Below, one piece after another: positions 26,269 through 29,426 of a stretch of DNA of 29,426 nt (within the stretch, counting starts at the first letter, position 1; every line of letters begins with the position of its first letter). Source of the DNA: a virus. Both the position numbers and the translations under genes were made by a program. The stretch lies in UHGV virus genome UHGV-0124752; one strand, given 5' to 3'. The notes below the pieces were generated by a model, which saw only the letters and a program-made list of their open reading frames with translations, had not been told where the DNA came from and did no database searches.

Positions 26269-27600
26269 ATGAATAATGATATGACTTTTGAAAACAGAGA
26301 TGAGTATAATAGAAAAATCATTGCTGAAAAAATAATAAGCTTACTCGAGTCCCCCTTAAAAATATCCCCTATTGTTATCGATGGGGACTGGGGTACCGGT
26401 AAAACCGAATTTTCAAAAAAATTAGCGGCATTGATTGAAAAAAATGAATCTGGGCATAAAGTAGTATATATTGATGCATTTACTGAAGATCATAATGATG
26501 CTCCCATACTTACTATAATGGCTGCAATAGTTGCATTATATCCAGAGAGTGAAAAGAAGGAATTAATATCAAAGGCATTACCAGCATTGAGATTTGGACT
26601 TAAAACTGTACTCAAAGCTGGCGCTGGGTGGATTTTAAAACAAAATGCAGATGATATTGCGGATGAATTCGAAGATGCTATTAAAGATGCGGCTAACTCA
26701 GCTATAGATGGTACTGTAGAAGCACTGCTTGATGATCATATTGAAGCAAAGAAACATTTGCTTGCTCTCAAGGAAGTACTTGCTGAACTAACTAGCGAAA
26801 ATAAAATAACAATTATCATTGACGAACTTGACCGTTGTAAACCAAGCTTTGCCATCTCTATCATCGAAAATATAAAACATGTTTTTGACACTGAAAATCT
26901 TAACTTCTTGTTAGTTGCTAACATCTCACAATTGAAAGCATCAATAAATCATATTTACGGTGCAGGTGTTGACTCAGAAAGATATCTTGATAAATTTATA
27001 AAATTCACTTACAGCCTGCCAGTGACTTTCACTGAAAACAATTACGATAAAATTTTGGCTTCGAACTCTCATTTTAGAATGCTATGTAACGAGTCTGAAA
27101 GACTAAAAGAAATTGGAGAAAGTAGTATTCATATAGTTCAAAAATTTATCGAACTAAAAGGCTTGTCGCTACGGGAAGTTGAAACCTTATCAAGATATCT
27201 AGAAATTTATCAAATTTTATCTCAAAATGAAATCAGCAATAAATTTATACCAGGCTATTGCTGTTATCGAACCCTTGCAGTAATTCTTTATTCGTTTGGT
27301 CGTGAACTGGCCCTTAACTACGTAGAAGATAAAATAGATGCACAATTAATAATTAATTTCTTCGGTGTTAATAGACTCCCATATCAGACAGATCAATATA
27401 ACATCAACATCTACTATTATGCATTATTTGGTATAACTTATAAATATATGCCAGAAGGTTCTCCTTTACTTCCTTCTGAAAACGATGAAAAAAACAGATG
27501 GGCTGAAATAAGTGATTATCATATTTTAAAAGGAAATGCAGGTGTAGAAGACCCTGTTAGAATATTCAAAAACACCTTAAAAGTTTTCTTGCTCCAATGA
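26269..27600 (+). CDS. KAP-family P-loop NTPase
   Basis: Walker A IDGDWGTGKTEF and Walker B IIIDELDRC; AT-rich. ORF track starts at a TTG (26260); ATG 26269 has an RBS. Confidence 0.8.
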   Translation: MNNDMTFENRDEYNRKIIAEKIISLLESPLKISPIVIDGDWGTGKTEFSKKLAALIEKNESGHKVVYIDAFTEDHNDAPILTIMAAIVALYPESEKKELISKALPALRFGLKTVLKAGAGWILKQNADDIADEFEDAIKDAANSAIDGTVEALLDDHIEAKKHLLALKEVLAELTSENKITIIIDELDRCKPSFAISIIENIKHVFDTENLNFLLVANISQLKASINHIYGAGVDSERYLDKFIKFTYSLPVTFTENNYDKILASNSHFRMLCNESERLKEIGESSIHIVQKFIELKGLSLREVETLSRYLEIYQILSQNEISNKFIPGYCCYRTLAVILYSFGRELALNYVEDKIDAQLIINFFGVNRLPYQTDQYNINIYYYALFGITYKYMPEGSPLLPSENDEKNRWAEISDYHILKGNAGVEDPVRIFKNTLKVFLLQ

Positions 27601-27657
27601 AATGTTTGATTGAAGATCTTTAAACATTGACCACTGTTCAAACATACAGTTAAATTT

Positions 27658-27682
27658 AGTCCTCAGACATGAGGACTTTTTT
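27658..27682 (+). terminator. Rho-independent terminator abutting the int start codon
   Basis: Hairpin agtcctc / gaggact followed by TTTTT; the int ATG is at 27683. Confidence 0.55.
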
Positions 27683-28735
27683 ATGGCAGTACGAAAACTC
27701 ACCACAGGAAAATGGCTGTGCGAATGTTATCCCGCCGGACGTAGTGGACGTCGTGTGCGTAAACAATTCGCCACCAAAGGCGAAGCTCTGGCTTTTGAGC
27801 GTCACACGATGGAAGAAACCGAAGCAAAGCCTTGGCTAGGTGAATCAGTGGCTCGTCGAACACTGAAAGACGTGGTTGAGCTATGGTTCAAATTACATGG
27901 TAAATCTCTGACTGCTGGGCAGCATGTCTATGACAAATTGCTGCTGATGGTTGACGCTCTGGGCAATCCTCTTGCAACCGATCTCACCTCTAAAATGTTT
28001 GCCCACTATCGAGATAAACGCCTGACAGGTGAGATCTACTTCAGCGAGAAATGGAAGAAAGGAGCCAGCCCGGTCACCATTAACCTGGAGCAAAGCTATC
28101 TAAGTAGTGTTTTTAGCGAACTATCCCGCCTGGGCGAATGGTCGTATCCAAACCCACTGGAGAACATGCGAAAATTCACCATCGCAGAAAAAGAGATGGC
28201 ATGGCTTACCCATGAGCAGATTGTTGAACTGCTGGCTGATTGCAAACGTCAGGACCCAATTCTGGCACTGGTAGTCAAGATATGCTTAAGCACAGGCGCA
28301 CGCTGGCGAGAAGCAATAAACCTTACCCGATCACAGGTGACTAAATACCGAATTACCTTTGTAAGAACGAAGGGGAAGAAAAACAGAAGCATCCCTATCA
28401 GTAAAGAGCTTTATGAAGAGATCATGGCGCTTGATGGGTTCAATTTCTTCACAGACTGCTATTTTCAATTTTTATCCGTGATGGAAAAAACGTCAATCGT
28501 GCTCCCTCGCGGTCAACTGACACACGTTCTGCGCCATACGTTTGCGGCACATTTCATGATGTCGGGTGGAAATATCCTTGCTTTGCAAAAAATCCTCGGA
28601 CATCACGATATAAAAATGACTATGCGTTACGCTCATCTGGCACCGGATCATCTGGAAACGGCGCTCCGTTTCAATCCTCTGGCAACGCTGCCAAGTGGCG
28701 ACAAAGTGGCGGCAGCGGTTGGCATTACCCCGTAA
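27683..28735 (+). CDS. int: Tyrosine integrase (P2 family)
   Basis: 350 aa with the conserved C-terminal catalytic region (ARWREA, HVLRHTFA, MTMRYAHL with Tyr). Confidence 0.9.
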   Translation: MAVRKLTTGKWLCECYPAGRSGRRVRKQFATKGEALAFERHTMEETEAKPWLGESVARRTLKDVVELWFKLHGKSLTAGQHVYDKLLLMVDALGNPLATDLTSKMFAHYRDKRLTGEIYFSEKWKKGASPVTINLEQSYLSSVFSELSRLGEWSYPNPLENMRKFTIAEKEMAWLTHEQIVELLADCKRQDPILALVVKICLSTGARWREAINLTRSQVTKYRITFVRTKGKKNRSIPISKELYEEIMALDGFNFFTDCYFQFLSVMEKTSIVLPRGQLTHVLRHTFAAHFMMSGGNILALQKILGHHDIKMTMRYAHLAPDHLETALRFNPLATLPSGDKVAAAVGITP

Positions 28736-28756
28736 TAACCACCACTGACCACCAAC

Positions 28757-28790
28757 CTAACTTATTGTTTTTAATCTAACTTATTGTTTT
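28757..28790. repeat. Two direct 15-bp repeats next to int (candidate arm-type sites or att region)
   Basis: ctaacttattgtttt at 28757-28771 and again at 28776-28790. Confidence 0.45.
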
Positions 28791-28839
28791 CATTAACCCG
28801 TTTACATAAATGGGTTTTTTGTTATCTAAAACTTATCTA

Positions 28840-29376
28840 CTACCCTGCAACCCTCTCAACCATCCTCAAAATCTCCTCGCGCGATAGCGGCTTACGGTCG
28901 GTGACAAAATGCAGCGTCATCCCCTCAATAAACGCATCAAGCGCGCGGGCGGTTCCGGGTTCAAACCATTGTTCGAGCGTTTGCTGACTGCGCTGCATCC
29001 AGTTTTGCATTACCGTTTTTAATAGCGGTTTTCGGCTAGCCAGCGCGTAGAGCTGGTACATCAGCTCCATGTTATCCGGCGTTGCAACCTGTGAGCTGTA
29101 GATCATATCGGTGATAGCCTGGCATGCGCCCGGAGCATCACTAACATCGCTAAAAAATGCCTGATATTGCCGGGACATGATCTCAGTAAAACTGCTGAAC
29201 GCCTCCAGTAACAACTCATCAATTCCTGAAAAATAGTAGGTCATCGATCCCAACGGTACCCCGGCAAGGGTAGCAATTTTGCGGTGCGTAACAGCATGTA
29301 TTCCGTAAAGTTTCACCGCCTCCAGCGTGGCCTGGATAATTTTTTCTCGCCGTTGCGGATCGTTAGCGCGACGCAT
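28840..29376 (-). CDS. rcdA: TetR-family transcriptional regulator, probably host chromosome
   Basis: N-terminal TetR HTH ([24 protein letters not shown]); 178 aa from MRRANDPQ; recalled as E. coli YbjK/RcdA-like but not verified. Composition differs from the phage cargo. Confidence 0.7.
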
Positions 29377-29426
29377 GTCATTTCCTCTCTCTGCAATTGT
29401 GTACAAATGTACACAACCTTGCTAAT

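Noticed and set aside
28736-28839. tRNA gene at the integration site
   Set aside because: No cloverleaf-compatible sequence or CCA-proximal acceptor stem is visible by eye; the flanking gene is protein-coding.
1-29426. CRISPR arrays or other tandem direct repeats
   Set aside because: No regularly spaced direct repeats seen beyond the short features listed.

Overview
The window is almost entirely one P2/186-family temperate myovirus prophage; its left end lies beyond the window start and its right end is at about 28.74-28.84 kb, next to a host TetR-family regulator gene. From left to right, on the minus strand unless noted: tape-measure T (partial), E/E' frameshift chaperones, tail tube FII, tail sheath FI, a Gin/Pin-type invertase with a 1.56-kb invertible tail-fibre segment, tail fibre H, baseplate genes I-J-W-V, S, R, the lysis cassette (lysC/lysB/lysA, SAR-type endolysin K, small holin), X, L, M, N, O, then plus-strand terminase P and portal Q. 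After Q come an AT-rich two-gene cargo operon, a cos-like site, a LexA-boxed small ORF with a DinI-like gene, replication gene A, a Dam-like methyltransferase, small early ORFs, 186-like cII, apl and cI, a second AT-rich cargo (small secreted peptide plus KAP-family P-loop NTPase), and the integrase. The best candidate for an undescribed system is the tightly coupled two-gene operon at 17560-19126 (272-aa soluble protein plus 248-aa protein with two N-terminal transmembrane helices and an internal G9 tract), sitting in the variable slot between portal and replication genes where this phage family carries anti-phage systems. The KAP NTPase module beside the integrase is a second candidate. All calls rest on reading the ORF translations and motifs by eye; no database search or computation was run.
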